64,000 nucleotides of DNA from Tubiluchus corallicola (GCA_030141605.1 JAQGDQ010002385.1:62001-126000); one strand, 5' to 3'; numbered from the stretch's first letter, positions 16,951-26,685 are shown. A program made the numbers and translations. Notes: generated by a model not told the origin, from the sequence alone.

Positions 16951-18122
16951 GCTTCCACCTCATCAATTAACCCCCATCTTTTGAGATATTTATCAGCGAT
17001 AAGCTGTTCTTTTTCGGTACGGCTTTTAAGGTTACAACCATTCGGACAACTGATAGTGAAAGGAATAACACGACCGCGTCGCTCACCTTCTTCTGCCTCA
17101 AAACGAATAGAAATCTTGGCTTTTTGAACATAAAATCCATTTCTGAAAGGCGTGTTTTTATCAAACCATTCCTCGGCAACTTCATGGATTACTTTGTCAT
17201 CATCCAAAGGAATTGTAAGCTCTACAGCACGCTTTGAATCATATGGCTTCAGTTTAATCAAAGTAACAATCACTTCTTCTATACCGTCCTCAGGATCAGT
17301 ATCAAAAGCAAAAGGCTTCAACAGTTTTTCAAGATTATAAGAACGCAAAGGGATTTTATCTGCCGTTACTTTCTGTCCCATAAAGGTGGATGTAAAAATA
17401 GCAGCCAATTCCTCACGGTCATTCTTGCCACGAGCAACAACATCAACAGCACCTGTTTCAGGTTCATAGGTAATCGCAGACTCATAAACAGGACACCATG
17501 TTTTACGATCCAGTCGATGCTTTTCATTAAAGACAAGCTCGCTTTTAGGGAGGTCTTCACGGTAAAGCATGATTTGATAAACATCTTTTTCATTGCCATC
17601 CATATCAGGTCTGGTGCGTTTGAAAACCTCAGCAAGAACGTGCTTGCCTGTATCAAAATGTTCTTTGACTTCCGTTTCAAAATTGCCCTTAACCTCATCA
17701 CCTGTTTGTATCAGGCTTTTTTCAGGAACAGAAAAACCGCTCCACATACGTCCCTGGCGATAGTGATCGGAATAGCGAATACCTTCAGCACGGCGGAAGT
17801 TTTCCGGTTCGTTGATAAACGTCCAGATAGAACGCTCATAGTTATTTTCTCTTGATTTGAAAGTATCAAGATCAGAAACGCTGTCGAGCAAAGCGCGTTG
17901 TCCAAGTTCGTCCGTCATCTCATGGATACGTTCGATGTCTGAATGTATAAGGTTACGCTCTTCGGGTTTAAGGTTTTCAACGATGGTTAAAACAGGTCCA
18001 GCAATATCATTTGCGATATCACCTTTCCAATTTATTCCGTCAACGTTGATGTTTTGGCTCATTAGATATGCCTGAAGACTATCAGGCGATGTGTTTCTTA
18101 CGAAATGGGAAATTGCTAGCAT
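16947..18122 (-). CDS. Hypothetical protein
   Basis: Long ORF, ATG 18122 after AAGGAG; no catalytic motif recognised. Confidence 0.75.
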   Translation of the reverse strand: MLAISHFVRNTSPDSLQAYLMSQNINVDGINWKGDIANDIAGPVLTIVENLKPEERNLIHSDIERIHEMTDELGQRALLDSVSDLDTFKSRENNYERSIWTFINEPENFRRAEGIRYSDHYRQGRMWSGFSVPEKSLIQTGDEVKGNFETEVKEHFDTGKHVLAEVFKRTRPDMDGNEKDVYQIMLYREDLPKSELVFNEKHRLDRKTWCPVYESAITYEPETGAVDVVARGKNDREELAAIFTSTFMGQKVTADKIPLRSYNLEKLLKPFAFDTDPEDGIEEVIVTLIKLKPYDSKRAVELTIPLDDDKVIHEVAEEWFDKNTPFRNGFYVQKAKISIRFEAEEGERRGRVIPFTISCPNGCNLKSRTEKEQLIADKYLKRWGLIDEVEA

Positions 18123-18132
18123 ATTATACTCC

Positions 18133-18366
18133 TTATCCTTTAATGTTACGTGGGTCATTACCATGCGAATCAGAATTGGAAATTCGACCGTTTCGATTAT
18201 GAATTTTCATTTCTGTTCCTTGATTTCGGCTGATTTCACGGCCGGCATCAATGGCTTGTTGTTTTGTGTCGAAGTGACCGCTTGATCTTTGCGAACCGCC
18301 TCGACGAATGTCCCATCCTCCTGCGTCAGAGTTTGGAACGATATGGTGGGTTTTATTATTTGACAT
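18133..18366 (-). CDS. DUF2188 family protein
   Basis: HHIVPN..GGWDI..S..FDTKQQAI..GR...KIHNRNGRI...SHGNDP. Confidence 0.85.
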   Translation of the reverse strand: MSNNKTHHIVPNSDAGGWDIRRGGSQRSSGHFDTKQQAIDAGREISRNQGTEMKIHNRNGRISNSDSHGNDPRNIKG

Positions 18367-18390
18367 TTAAGCCTCCTATAGTTACTTTAT

Positions 18391-18468
18391 TGTTCGATAT
18401 ATACCGAACATTTTATAACAATTACTTATTTCCTTGCCAAGAACAAAAAAGTTCGCCATAATCGAACA
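18391..18468. promoter_or_regulatory. Two palindromic operators (GTTCG-N7/8-CGAAC) in the divergent switch region
   Basis: TGTTCGatatatacCGAACA 18391-18410; GTTCGccataatCGAAC 18451-18467. Confidence 0.65.
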
Positions 18469-18499
18469 TGAGTTTAACCAATAAAAAATGGAGAATGAA

Positions 18500-18820
18500 A
18501 TGCCTAGCATACTGGGTGAGAAGATAAAAAAGCATCGTCTGGAGAAAAAATATTCTTTAGATAAGCTTGCAGAATTAACCGACTCTAGCAAAAGCTATAT
18601 GTGGGAGTTAGAGAATAGAGAAGATAGAAAACCTTCAGCAGAGAAATTAACAAAGATAGCTTCTGTTTTGGGAGTCACCTCTGATTATCTATTAGAGGAT
18701 TCCGAAAACCCTGATGATGATGTTTTTAAAGAAGCTTTGTATAGAAATTTCAAAAAACTTACTCCGGAAGATCAAGACGCTATTAAAGAAACTATCGAGC
18801 GATGGGGCAAGAAATCGTGA
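18500..18820 (+). CDS. XRE-family repressor (ImmR/CapH-like)
   Basis: HTH_3: LGEKIKKHR...SLDKLAE...SKSYMWELEN..KPS; RBS GGAG before ATG 18500. Confidence 0.9.
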   Translation: MPSILGEKIKKHRLEKKYSLDKLAELTDSSKSYMWELENREDRKPSAEKLTKIASVLGVTSDYLLEDSENPDDDVFKEALYRNFKKLTPEDQDAIKETIERWGKKS

Positions 18821-19719
18821 AGCATCCTAAAACACCGGAAGGCTGGGCAATCAATTTGTCAGCACTATTGAATACATTTCATGCAGCCCATGGAACAAAC
18901 CGTTTTCCTATAAACGTTGAAGAAATTGCTATTGAATACTCACGGCAAGTATTTCCAGATGCACCTATTACGCTTGTGCAAGGAATGAATCTTTCTAAAA
19001 ATTTTGAAGGAGCACTTATTCCAAATCCTAATTCCCAAAACGAATGGGGGATTTTTTACAACGAAAATATATCATACCCAGGGAGGAAGAATTTTACTTT
19101 AGCTCACGAATTAGGACATTACCTATTGCACAGGCATTTAAACCCGGAGGGACTAAGATGTACGCACAAAAACATGTTGGATTGGAAATCTGAATATGCT
19201 CAAACTGAGGCTCAGGCAAATACATTCGCTTCATACCTTCTAATGCCTTTAGATGATTTTAGAGAACAAATAAAAGGTGAAAAGCCATCAATAGATTTGA
19301 TGGCTCATTTGGCAGATAGGTATGATGTTTCTTTAACAGCTGTGATCTTAAAATGGCTGGGTATATGTAATAAGCGTGCAATGATTGTTGTTGGAATTGA
19401 TGGTTATATAGATTGGGCTTGGTCAAGTCAGCAACTACTTTATTCTAAAATATACTACAAGGCAAAACAAGAAACTATAGCTTTGCCAGAACAATCTTTG
19501 GCTGCAAAAGCAGATCCGTTGATAGATAACAGAGTTGGCATTCTTCATCCCCCAGGGATTTGGAAAGGCGATGAGGAAGTCCATGAAATGACTATCCTTG
19601 GGAAAAATGGAGATATGACGATTTCTCTTTTGCTTTATCCTGATGATGCTCCCAACAGATGGGAAAAAGACGAAGAAGAAGTCGAAGATACTTATGATCG
19701 TTTTATGGCGATGTCATAG
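18802..19719 (+). CDS. ImmA/IrrE (CapP-like) metallopeptidase
   Basis: RKNFTLAHELGH, EAQANTFASYLLMP; start may be GTG 18817. Confidence 0.9.
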   Translation: MGQEIVKHPKTPEGWAINLSALLNTFHAAHGTNRFPINVEEIAIEYSRQVFPDAPITLVQGMNLSKNFEGALIPNPNSQNEWGIFYNENISYPGRKNFTLAHELGHYLLHRHLNPEGLRCTHKNMLDWKSEYAQTEAQANTFASYLLMPLDDFREQIKGEKPSIDLMAHLADRYDVSLTAVILKWLGICNKRAMIVVGIDGYIDWAWSSQQLLYSKIYYKAKQETIALPEQSLAAKADPLIDNRVGILHPPGIWKGDEEVHEMTILGKNGDMTISLLLYPDDAPNRWEKDEEEVEDTYDRFMAMS

Positions 19720-19740
19720 ATCAAAAACATATAACTACAC

Positions 19741-19763
19741 GGGGGCTGTTCAGCCCCTTTTTT
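19741..19763 (+). terminator. Intrinsic terminator
   Basis: GGGGCTG-tt-CAGCCCC-TTTTTTT. Confidence 0.75.
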
Positions 19764-19876
19764 TATAGATTAGTCGTTAAAGGAGTTTCTTAGAAACCAC
19801 GTGTTATTGAGGTTTTTCAAGGTTTTATTATCCTTATAGGTAGAATTTTAGTTAAGACCTATGGAGGCAGCCCGCC

Positions 19877-20071
19877 ATGCAAACCGAACAAGAAAAACAG
19901 ATCCAAACACCACAAGAACGCCTATATGAAGTCGGCGTTCTGCTCGCAAATGCGATATGTCGCTTAAAAGCCGTCGATACAAGCAAAAACAGAGACTTTT
20001 TACTGGATATCTCTGCTACTCCAAGCATTCATAGAGACACGTTAACAACAACGGAGAAAAGCTATGAATAA
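19877..20071 (+). CDS. Hypothetical protein preceding DUF2924
   Basis: RBS GGAGG; 'TPQERLYEVGVLLANAICRL'. Confidence 0.55.
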   Translation: MQTEQEKQIQTPQERLYEVGVLLANAICRLKAVDTSKNRDFLLDISATPSIHRDTLTTTEKSYE

Positions 20072-20489
20072 GAGTATTATCAGGCAGGTAATTGACCTGC
20101 GAAACAAATCATCGGCTGAGCTTAGGGAAATGTACGAAGTGCTGTTTTCCGAGGCTCCGCCTTACAATTCAACAAAAGAACATCTAAGACCAAAACTCGC
20201 ATATCGCATGCAGGAATTGGCTCTGGGAGGAATAAGTGCGGACACGACGGATAAGCTGGAAAGGATGGCAAACGGAGCCACGCCTGCAAGCGTGAGATCA
20301 CACACAGATTTATTGCCCGGCACAAAGGTCTGCAGAGAATGGAACGGCGTGATGCATGAAGTGGAGGTAAAGAAAAACTGCTTTGAGTATCAGGGCAAGA
20401 GTTACCGAAGCCTGTCGGCTGTAGCTCGTCAAATTACAGGAACAAGATGGAACGGACCGAAGTTCTTCAAATTAAGAAGGAGCATCTAA
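20064..20489 (+). CDS. DUF2924 family protein
   Basis: LAYRMQELALGG...PGTKVCREWNG..HEV...YRSLSAVARQITGTRWNGPKFF. Confidence 0.9.
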   Translation: MNKSIIRQVIDLRNKSSAELREMYEVLFSEAPPYNSTKEHLRPKLAYRMQELALGGISADTTDKLERMANGATPASVRSHTDLLPGTKVCREWNGVMHEVEVKKNCFEYQGKSYRSLSAVARQITGTRWNGPKFFKLRRSI

Positions 20490-21811
20490 TGATAGACACA
20501 TTAAAAAACAAACAAAAAATACGCTGTGCCATTTACACACGAAAATCCTCTGAGGAAGGACTGGAGCAGGAATTCAACTCACTGGATGCACAACGTTTGG
20601 CAGCAGAAAGCTACATCGCCAGCCAACAGCATGAAGGCTGGGTATTGGCTCCCGGCAATTATGATGACGGAGGCTTCTCAGGTGGGAATATGGAACGCCC
20701 GGGATTAAAGCGTCTCTTTGCAGACATCAAGGAAGGCAAGATTGATTGTATCGTCGTTTATAAGATTGACCGATTAACACGATCCTTGGTGGACTTTTCG
20801 AAGATTATAGAATTGTTTGATGAGCATAATGTTAGCTTTGTCAGTGTCACTCAATCATTCAACACATCCAATTCAATGGGGAGACTTATGCTGAATGTGC
20901 TTTTATCCTTTGCACAATATGAACGCGAGCTTACAGGGGAGCGTATTCGGGATAAGGTTGAAGCCTCAAAGAAACAAGGTATGTGGATGGGAGGAACACC
21001 TCCGCTTGGGTATAGCTGTGAAGATAAAAAACTAAGAATAATGGAGGAGGAAGCAAAACTTGTTCGCATTATCTATCAAAGATTTATAGAAACCGGTTCT
21101 GTGACAACGGTTGCAAGGGAAATGAACAAGCAAGGTTTTCATACGAAAAGCTGGATATCAAAAACCGGCAAGCTTCACGGAGGCGGTAAGTTTGATAAGA
21201 AAAACATCCAACGTATTCTTGAAAACCCGATCTATGCCGGAAAGATTAAGCATAAAGAGAAAGTCTACGAGGGGCAGCACAAAGAAATCATCAGCGAAAA
21301 GATATGGCAGAAAGCTCAGGACACTTTTAAACGCTATGACCGACCTGTAGGGGTTGGTGTGCGTGTCAGTAGCATTCCTTTACTTAAAGGCGTGATGACT
21401 TGTGGGGAATGCGGTGGACGGATGATACCGACATACACAAACAAAAAGGGCAAGCGATACCGCTATTACATCTGTGAACGTAAGCATAAAGGCAGGAACG
21501 ATAACTGCTCGGTTGGAAGACTATCAGCCGGCGAGATTGAGAACCTTGTTGTGCAACACATTACCCAAATTCTAAAGAAGCCTGAAATCATCGTGCAGAC
21601 AATAACAGCAGCGGCAGGCAAGGTTCCTGAAATGGAAGTCGTAGAAGCTCTCAAATCAATAGAGGTGGTCTGGGAGGAGTTATTCCCGATCGAGCAAGAA
21701 AGGATTGTTAAGCTACTCATCAAAGAAGTTGTGGTGACAAAAGACGGTCTGGACATCAGGATTTTTAAAGACGGATTAAACACACTCAGTCAAGAATTGG
21801 AGGCAGTATAA
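20489..21811 (+). CDS. Large serine recombinase (integrase)
   Basis: CAIYTRKS catalytic Ser, DRLTRS, recombinase domain, CGECG Zn ribbon; TAATG overlap at 20489. Confidence 0.93.
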   Translation: MIDTLKNKQKIRCAIYTRKSSEEGLEQEFNSLDAQRLAAESYIASQQHEGWVLAPGNYDDGGFSGGNMERPGLKRLFADIKEGKIDCIVVYKIDRLTRSLVDFSKIIELFDEHNVSFVSVTQSFNTSNSMGRLMLNVLLSFAQYERELTGERIRDKVEASKKQGMWMGGTPPLGYSCEDKKLRIMEEEAKLVRIIYQRFIETGSVTTVAREMNKQGFHTKSWISKTGKLHGGGKFDKKNIQRILENPIYAGKIKHKEKVYEGQHKEIISEKIWQKAQDTFKRYDRPVGVGVRVSSIPLLKGVMTCGECGGRMIPTYTNKKGKRYRYYICERKHKGRNDNCSVGRLSAGEIENLVVQHITQILKKPEIIVQTITAAAGKVPEMEVVEALKSIEVVWEELFPIEQERIVKLLIKEVVVTKDGLDIRIFKDGLNTLSQELEAV

Positions 21812-22224
21812 TGGAAAACTTGAAAATTAGGGATGATCAAACGCTAAGCGTATTTGTACCGATGGAGATTAAAAAGAAAGGCGGAGCAGCTCAGATTATC
21901 CTGCCGAAAAATATTGAGGGCGGTTCGGAAGTCGGCGGTCGTGTCTACGATCCTAAAATGATGACAGCCTTTGCCAAGGCTTATAAATGGAAGAGAATGC
22001 TTAAAACAGGCAGGGTGAGAAGCCTTGCAGATATTTGTAAAAAGGAGAATATCAGCACATCATATTCCAGCCGAATTTACCGCCTTAACTTTGTGGCACC
22101 TCAAATCGTAGAAGCCATTATTAACGGCACACAGCCACGCACACTGCGTCTTCAAGACTTCATGGGAAAACTCATCCCAGACCTATGGGAAGAACAGCTG
22201 GAAGCCTTTGGGTTTAAATCATAA
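21811..22224 (+). CDS. Recombinase-associated HTH protein
   Basis: Overlaps the recombinase stop; 'SYSSRIYRLNFVAPQIVEAIING.QP...P.LWEEQ'. Confidence 0.7.
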   Translation: MENLKIRDDQTLSVFVPMEIKKKGGAAQIILPKNIEGGSEVGGRVYDPKMMTAFAKAYKWKRMLKTGRVRSLADICKKENISTSYSSRIYRLNFVAPQIVEAIINGTQPRTLRLQDFMGKLIPDLWEEQLEAFGFKS

Positions 22225-22260
22225 GACTTCCCAATCTTCTACATCACCTTTAATAATCTT

Positions 22261-23000
22261 GGGTCAAGACAAGTTGGTTGAAAATTAGAGGCAATTAACC
22301 TATTGTTCTGGCTATGAAAAATAAATATATTCACCGTTCAAGAATCACAGAGGCTAAATTCAGAGAAATTATCAGGCTATTTTCTCTTGATCTTTCTGCA
22401 CAACAAACCGCTCTCATTTCTCAAATCTCTCGCAACACCATCAATGTAATCTTCCTTTCTCTTCGAAAAAGAATTGCTCAAATCTGCGAGAAAGAATCAA
22501 TTTTCTCTTCAGGGGAAATTGAAGTCGATGAATCCTATTTTGGCCCAAGGCGCGTAAGAGGCGTTCCAGGTCGAGGAGCAGGAGAAAAGACAGTTGTTTT
22601 TGGGCTCAAGAAGAGAAATGGAAAAGTTTATACTCAGATTGTTAAAAAGGCTTCAAAGAAAGAGATACTGCCGATTATAGAAAAGAATGTGAAGAAGGAA
22701 TCTACGATTTATAGCGATGGTTGGCGGATTTATGATGGGCTTGTGAATATGGGGTATAAGAAACATTATCGTGTGTATCATGGTGTTGGAGAATTTGTTC
22801 GTGGGAAGGCTCATATAAATGGGATTGAGAGCTTTTGGGGGACGGCGAAAACCCGCTTAACAAAAGTGAGAGGGATAAAGAAGAAAATGTTTTACTTGCA
22901 TCTGAAGGAATGTGAGTTTAGATTTAATTATAGAGATAAAAATCTCTATCAAGTTCTGCTCAGAGAACTACGAAATAAACCCCTCAGCTTGTCTTGACCC
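22261..23000 (+). mobile_element. IS1595-family insertion sequence, 740 bp
   Basis: TIRs GGGTCAAGACAAG(T/C)TG at both ends; 8-bp target duplication ATAATCTT at 22253-22260 and 23001-23008. Confidence 0.95.
22314..22997 (+). CDS. IS1595-family (IS1016-like) transposase
   Basis: EVDESYFG, GRGA, YSDGW, HINGIESFW, LKECEFRFN. Confidence 0.93.
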   Translation: MKNKYIHRSRITEAKFREIIRLFSLDLSAQQTALISQISRNTINVIFLSLRKRIAQICEKESIFSSGEIEVDESYFGPRRVRGVPGRGAGEKTVVFGLKKRNGKVYTQIVKKASKKEILPIIEKNVKKESTIYSDGWRIYDGLVNMGYKKHYRVYHGVGEFVRGKAHINGIESFWGTAKTRLTKVRGIKKKMFYLHLKECEFRFNYRDKNLYQVLLRELRNKPLSLS

Positions 23001-23733
23001 ATAATCTTAAACAAGGGATGTGGCTCTACATCCTTTAGATTTTGAAGTTTAAGAAAAAGCGCATGATCTCTTTTCTCTGCTTTTTTCAAAAAATGCTGCC
23101 ATTCATAATCAATTTGCCCTGAGTTTACTTTGATAGGATCAAGGACAATCTTATCATGCGATATTTTCTCTCGATTAAAGTTATAGCCTCGTTTGTATGC
23201 CTCATCACAAACATCGTGCAGATAGTTAGAAATTGCATTAACAGGGCTTGGGTGAGCCTTAAATCTGGTTAATTGGGGGTGATTTTTATAACCTTTGGTA
23301 TTGCCATGAAGAACGTTTTGGGCAAGTAAAGTTTCTCGCCATAAAGCGACCAATCCTTTTGCATCTAAATACTGTGGGTGAATACTCCAAATACGCATAA
23401 TAATTAAATGATACGCTTAACTTCCTGAAAACTCAAACAATTTCATTTCCCCCGTGAAGTTTACAAGAACCAGTCTCTTGCCACTAAAACCGTTTCGAAC
23501 TCTCCGCCTGAAAGCCCCAGTTTATAAGGGGTTTTATTTTTACACAAAGGGGACATGCCCAGAGAAACAGAGACCATTTGCCGGAGATTTAAGCATAAAA
23601 TACCTAAATATCATGAGGTAAAAGGTGCCTTGAATGGGATTGCCTATCTCTAAAAACCCCACAAACACTGGGCTTTTGGTGGCTAGCTTAACGGCAGATA
23701 ATGAAGTCAGAGAAAAGTTAGAAAATGGTAAAC

Positions 23734-23824
23734 TGGCGGAGAGAGAGGGATTCGAACCCTCGGTGGAGGCTAGCCCCACAACGGTTTTCGAGACCGCCCC
23801 GTTCAACCACTCCGGCATCCCTCC
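23734..23824 (-). tRNA. tRNA-Ser(CGA)
   Basis: GGAGGGA/TCTCTCC acceptor stem, anticodon loop CTCGAAA, long variable arm, GGTTCGAATCC, encoded CCA. Confidence 0.96.
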
Positions 23825-24109
23825 AAAACTCAACACAGTATACAAAAATATCACAAAAAATACAATCCATAATCACCCCCAATCAATAGCAATATAAAAA
23901 TATCCCACCATCTCCTACCTGTATCCATAAAATTCATCACAAAAAAAACCAAAAATACCAGAACAATAAATCCTGAATAAATACCCATGAAAAATTACAA
24001 AATACTACCCCTTTTAAGCTCGCACATAATAACAAAAAATGATATCATACACTGTGAAATATAATCAGGCTTCTAAAAAATAAATTTAAATCGATCAAGG
24101 AGAATATCA

Positions 24110-25459
24110 ATGTTACTATTTTTTATCCATCTGGCTATTCTGCTTGCTGTTATATACTTTGGTATGAAACACGGCGGTATATCACTCGGATTGCTCGGAG
24201 GATTCGGAGTCGCCATATACGCATTCCTTTTCAATATGGTACCAACCTCCCCACCCATTACTGTTATGCTGATCATCCTCGCTGTCGTAACAGCTTCCGC
24301 TACACTCCAGTCAGCCGGCGGTCTGGACCTCATGGTGCAATGGTCAGAACGACTCTTTAGACGCTTCCCTAAAATGATCACTATCCTCGCACCCATATCA
24401 ACATTCATCCTAACAATATGCGTCGGAACAGGGCACGCCGTCTACTCACTCCAACCCGTCATCGCAGATGTCGCATACAAAATAGGAATACGACCAGAAC
24501 GACCCATGGCCGTCTCCGCAGTCGCATCCCAAATGGGAATAACCGCCAGCCCAATCGCTGCCGCTGTAACAGGATTCCTCGCCATGAGCCTGACATTCGG
24601 ACATGAACAGGTCCTCCTTACACACATCCTCATCATCACTATCCCCGCAACATTCCTCGGCATGATGCTCGCCGCAATATGGAGCCTTAATCGCGGAAAA
24701 AACCTTCAAGATGATAAAGCATTCCAAGAACGCATGGAAAACCCAGAGTTCCGAGCATATGTCGGCGAAACAGTCACAACACTCGACCAAGAACTCCCAA
24801 AAACCGCACTCCCCTCTGTAATCTTCTTCTTCAGCGGAGTCCTCTTGATTATCTTCCTCGCTATCATACGACCACACCTCGCTGATATCTGGCCAAATAC
24901 CATATGGGTAAATCCAAAAGAACTCCCCATGACAAAAATGGTCCAAATCGTCATGCTCTCAGCAGGAATGATCATCTATTTCTTCGCAAAACTCAACCCA
25001 ACAGAAATCGTCAACAGTAACGTCTTTAAAGCCGGAATGACCGCCGTTATCTCCATCATGGGAATCGCATGGATGAGCGATACATTCATTAAAGAACACA
25101 GACTCCTGCTCGAATCAAGCGTTGGACAACTCCTGCAAATCGCCCCATGGGCATTCGCATTTGCCGTCTTCGGTGTTTCCGCATTCGTAAAAAGTCAGGC
25201 AGCAACTCTCGCTATCATGATACCACTCGGATATAACCTCGGCTTGGAACCAACAGTTCTCATCGGTATTCTTCCCTCATGCTACGCATATTTCTTCTTC
25301 TGCTTCTATCCCAGCGACCTCGCTGCCATTAACTTCGATAGAACAGGAACAACACACGTCGGAAAATATCTCTTCAATCACAGCTTCATGGTTCCCGGAC
25401 TCATCGGCGTGGGAAGCGCAACATTTATCGGGTATATCCTAGCATCCATTATTTTATAA
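24110..25459 (+). CDS. Anaerobic C4-dicarboxylate transporter, DcuA/DcuB family
   Basis: GTGH, IRPERPM, ASQMGITASP, DRTGTT, NHSFM.PG. Confidence 0.92.
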   Translation: MLLFFIHLAILLAVIYFGMKHGGISLGLLGGFGVAIYAFLFNMVPTSPPITVMLIILAVVTASATLQSAGGLDLMVQWSERLFRRFPKMITILAPISTFILTICVGTGHAVYSLQPVIADVAYKIGIRPERPMAVSAVASQMGITASPIAAAVTGFLAMSLTFGHEQVLLTHILIITIPATFLGMMLAAIWSLNRGKNLQDDKAFQERMENPEFRAYVGETVTTLDQELPKTALPSVIFFFSGVLLIIFLAIIRPHLADIWPNTIWVNPKELPMTKMVQIVMLSAGMIIYFFAKLNPTEIVNSNVFKAGMTAVISIMGIAWMSDTFIKEHRLLLESSVGQLLQIAPWAFAFAVFGVSAFVKSQAATLAIMIPLGYNLGLEPTVLIGILPSCYAYFFFCFYPSDLAAINFDRTGTTHVGKYLFNHSFMVPGLIGVGSATFIGYILASIIL

Positions 25460-25734
25460 CCCCTCCATGCGGATAACGATATAAAGAAAAAACAACCAAA
25501 ATTAAAGTATTCTTTATATCGTTTCCCCGCAATAAAATTACCCACTCAAAAAACTAAAAAATCCATAGATCACCATCAAAAATAGCCTATAAATAAAAAT
25601 AAGCTCAACCCATCTTATTTTAAAAGCCTTTGCTTAAGCTCTACAAAAACTTACCCGCAAACAAAAACATATATCTTCCCCATAGAAAATGCTAAATTTT
25701 AGGGAAGTTTGATATAATTTTTATTAAATCTAAA

Positions 25735-25763
25735 TTGACAAAAGATCATTTATTGGATATTCT
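25735..25763 (+). promoter_or_regulatory. Sigma70-type promoter of rplU
   Basis: TTGACA-N17-TATTCT. Confidence 0.65.
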
Positions 25764-25825
25764 TTCCTCACTCTAAGAGAAACTTTATTTGTAAACAATC
25801 AATACTATTAAAAAGGCGCTTGAAT

Positions 25826-26140
25826 ATGTTCGCAGTTATTAAAACTGGAGGAAAACAATATCGTGTTGCAAAAGACGATGTTATTCTCGTTGAAAAACTC
25901 CCCGGAGAAATCGGCGATAAAGTCGAATTTCCAACTGTCCTTATGACAGGAGACGAAAATGGCGATATCAACGTAGGATCTCCTGAGTTGAAAGGAAAGT
26001 CCGTCATAGGAACACTCATTAACCAACAACGAAACGATAAAATTATTGTCTTCAAAAAAAGACCTCGTGAAAATTATCGGCGGAAAAAAGGACATCGGCA
26101 ACACGTAAGCTGCGTCCGCATTACAGACATCAATGCCTAA
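25826..26140 (+). CDS. rplU: 50S ribosomal protein L21
   Basis: MFAVIKTGGKQYRV...KKGHRQ. Confidence 0.97.
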   Translation: MFAVIKTGGKQYRVAKDDVILVEKLPGEIGDKVEFPTVLMTGDENGDINVGSPELKGKSVIGTLINQQRNDKIIVFKKRPRENYRRKKGHRQHVSCVRITDINA

Positions 26141-26161
26141 AATAATCAATGGAGATCAATA

Positions 26162-26428
26162 ATGGCACATAAAAAAGCAGGCGGTAGTTCCAGAAACGGA
26201 CGTGACTCAGCGGGCCGCAGATTAGGTGTTAAAAAATTTGGCGGGGAATATGTCATCCCTGGGAATATTATCGTGCGGCAAAGAGGAACAAAATTTCATC
26301 CTGGAGATAATGTTGGAATCGGAAAAGATCACACATTGTTCGCCCTTACAGAAGGCCACGTGAAATTCCTCCATAAAGCAAAAGGAAGAACCTTCATCAC
26401 TGTCGATTCTCCCTCCAGCCCACAATAA
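26162..26428 (+). CDS. rpmA: 50S ribosomal protein L27
   Basis: [16 protein letters not shown]. Confidence 0.98.
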   Translation: MAHKKAGGSSRNGRDSAGRRLGVKKFGGEYVIPGNIIVRQRGTKFHPGDNVGIGKDHTLFALTEGHVKFLHKAKGRTFITVDSPSSPQ

Positions 26429-26685
26429 AGCAAAAAGCGTTCGGATAAAGAGCCCGCCGGTCAACATCTCTCCTCTTTCCAACAGTATCAGACACGCGCA
26501 GCACTCTTCTCTCCCCGTTTGCATATTCTTCCGTTTCAATACATTTAGCGAGTCTGGCGTTCCAAAATCAGAGTTCCATAAAGATGTTCCTGCAATTTAA
26601 GCAATCTCTTGCTATAAAACATCTCTCAAATATTTTGACCTAAGTACCTCCCATGGAAGATTAACTCCCTAATAAATAACGCGTT

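Larger units (their letters stand above)
22219..23398 (-). pseudogene. Pyrimidine-dimer DNA glycosylase (endonuclease V family), interrupted near its 3' end by the IS
   Basis: MRIWSIHPQYLD.KGLVALWRE.LLAQ...GYKNHPQL; removing the IS restores ...HPLFKIIKGDVEDWEVL-stop at 22219. Confidence 0.85.
1..23733. mobile_element. Prophage (lambda/Wolbachia phage WO-like gene organisation), right part; left end lies outside the window
   Basis: Contiguous portal-gpW-terminase, MTases, RuvC-like, primase-helicase, XRE/ImmA and serine recombinase genes ending next to the tRNA-Ser 3' end; lacks the host strand skew. Exact right boundary is inferred. Confidence 0.9.

Noticed and set aside
23540-23897. ORFs of 104 and 87 aa
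   Set aside because: They overlap the tRNA-Ser gene and the att-like spacer; spurious.
24446-24946. 166-aa acidic, Cys-rich antisense ORF and similar shadow ORFs across the backbone
   Set aside because: Antisense to well-conserved genes and explained by strand-biased codon usage.
25475-25523. 14-bp inverted repeat with a 21-nt loop after dcu
   Set aside because: Single copy in the window; most simply a terminator or mRNA stabiliser rather than a MITE.
26550-26592. Three GTTCC copies upstream of obgE as LexA boxes
   Set aside because: Spacers are 10 and 9 nt, not the 7 nt of the alphaproteobacterial box.
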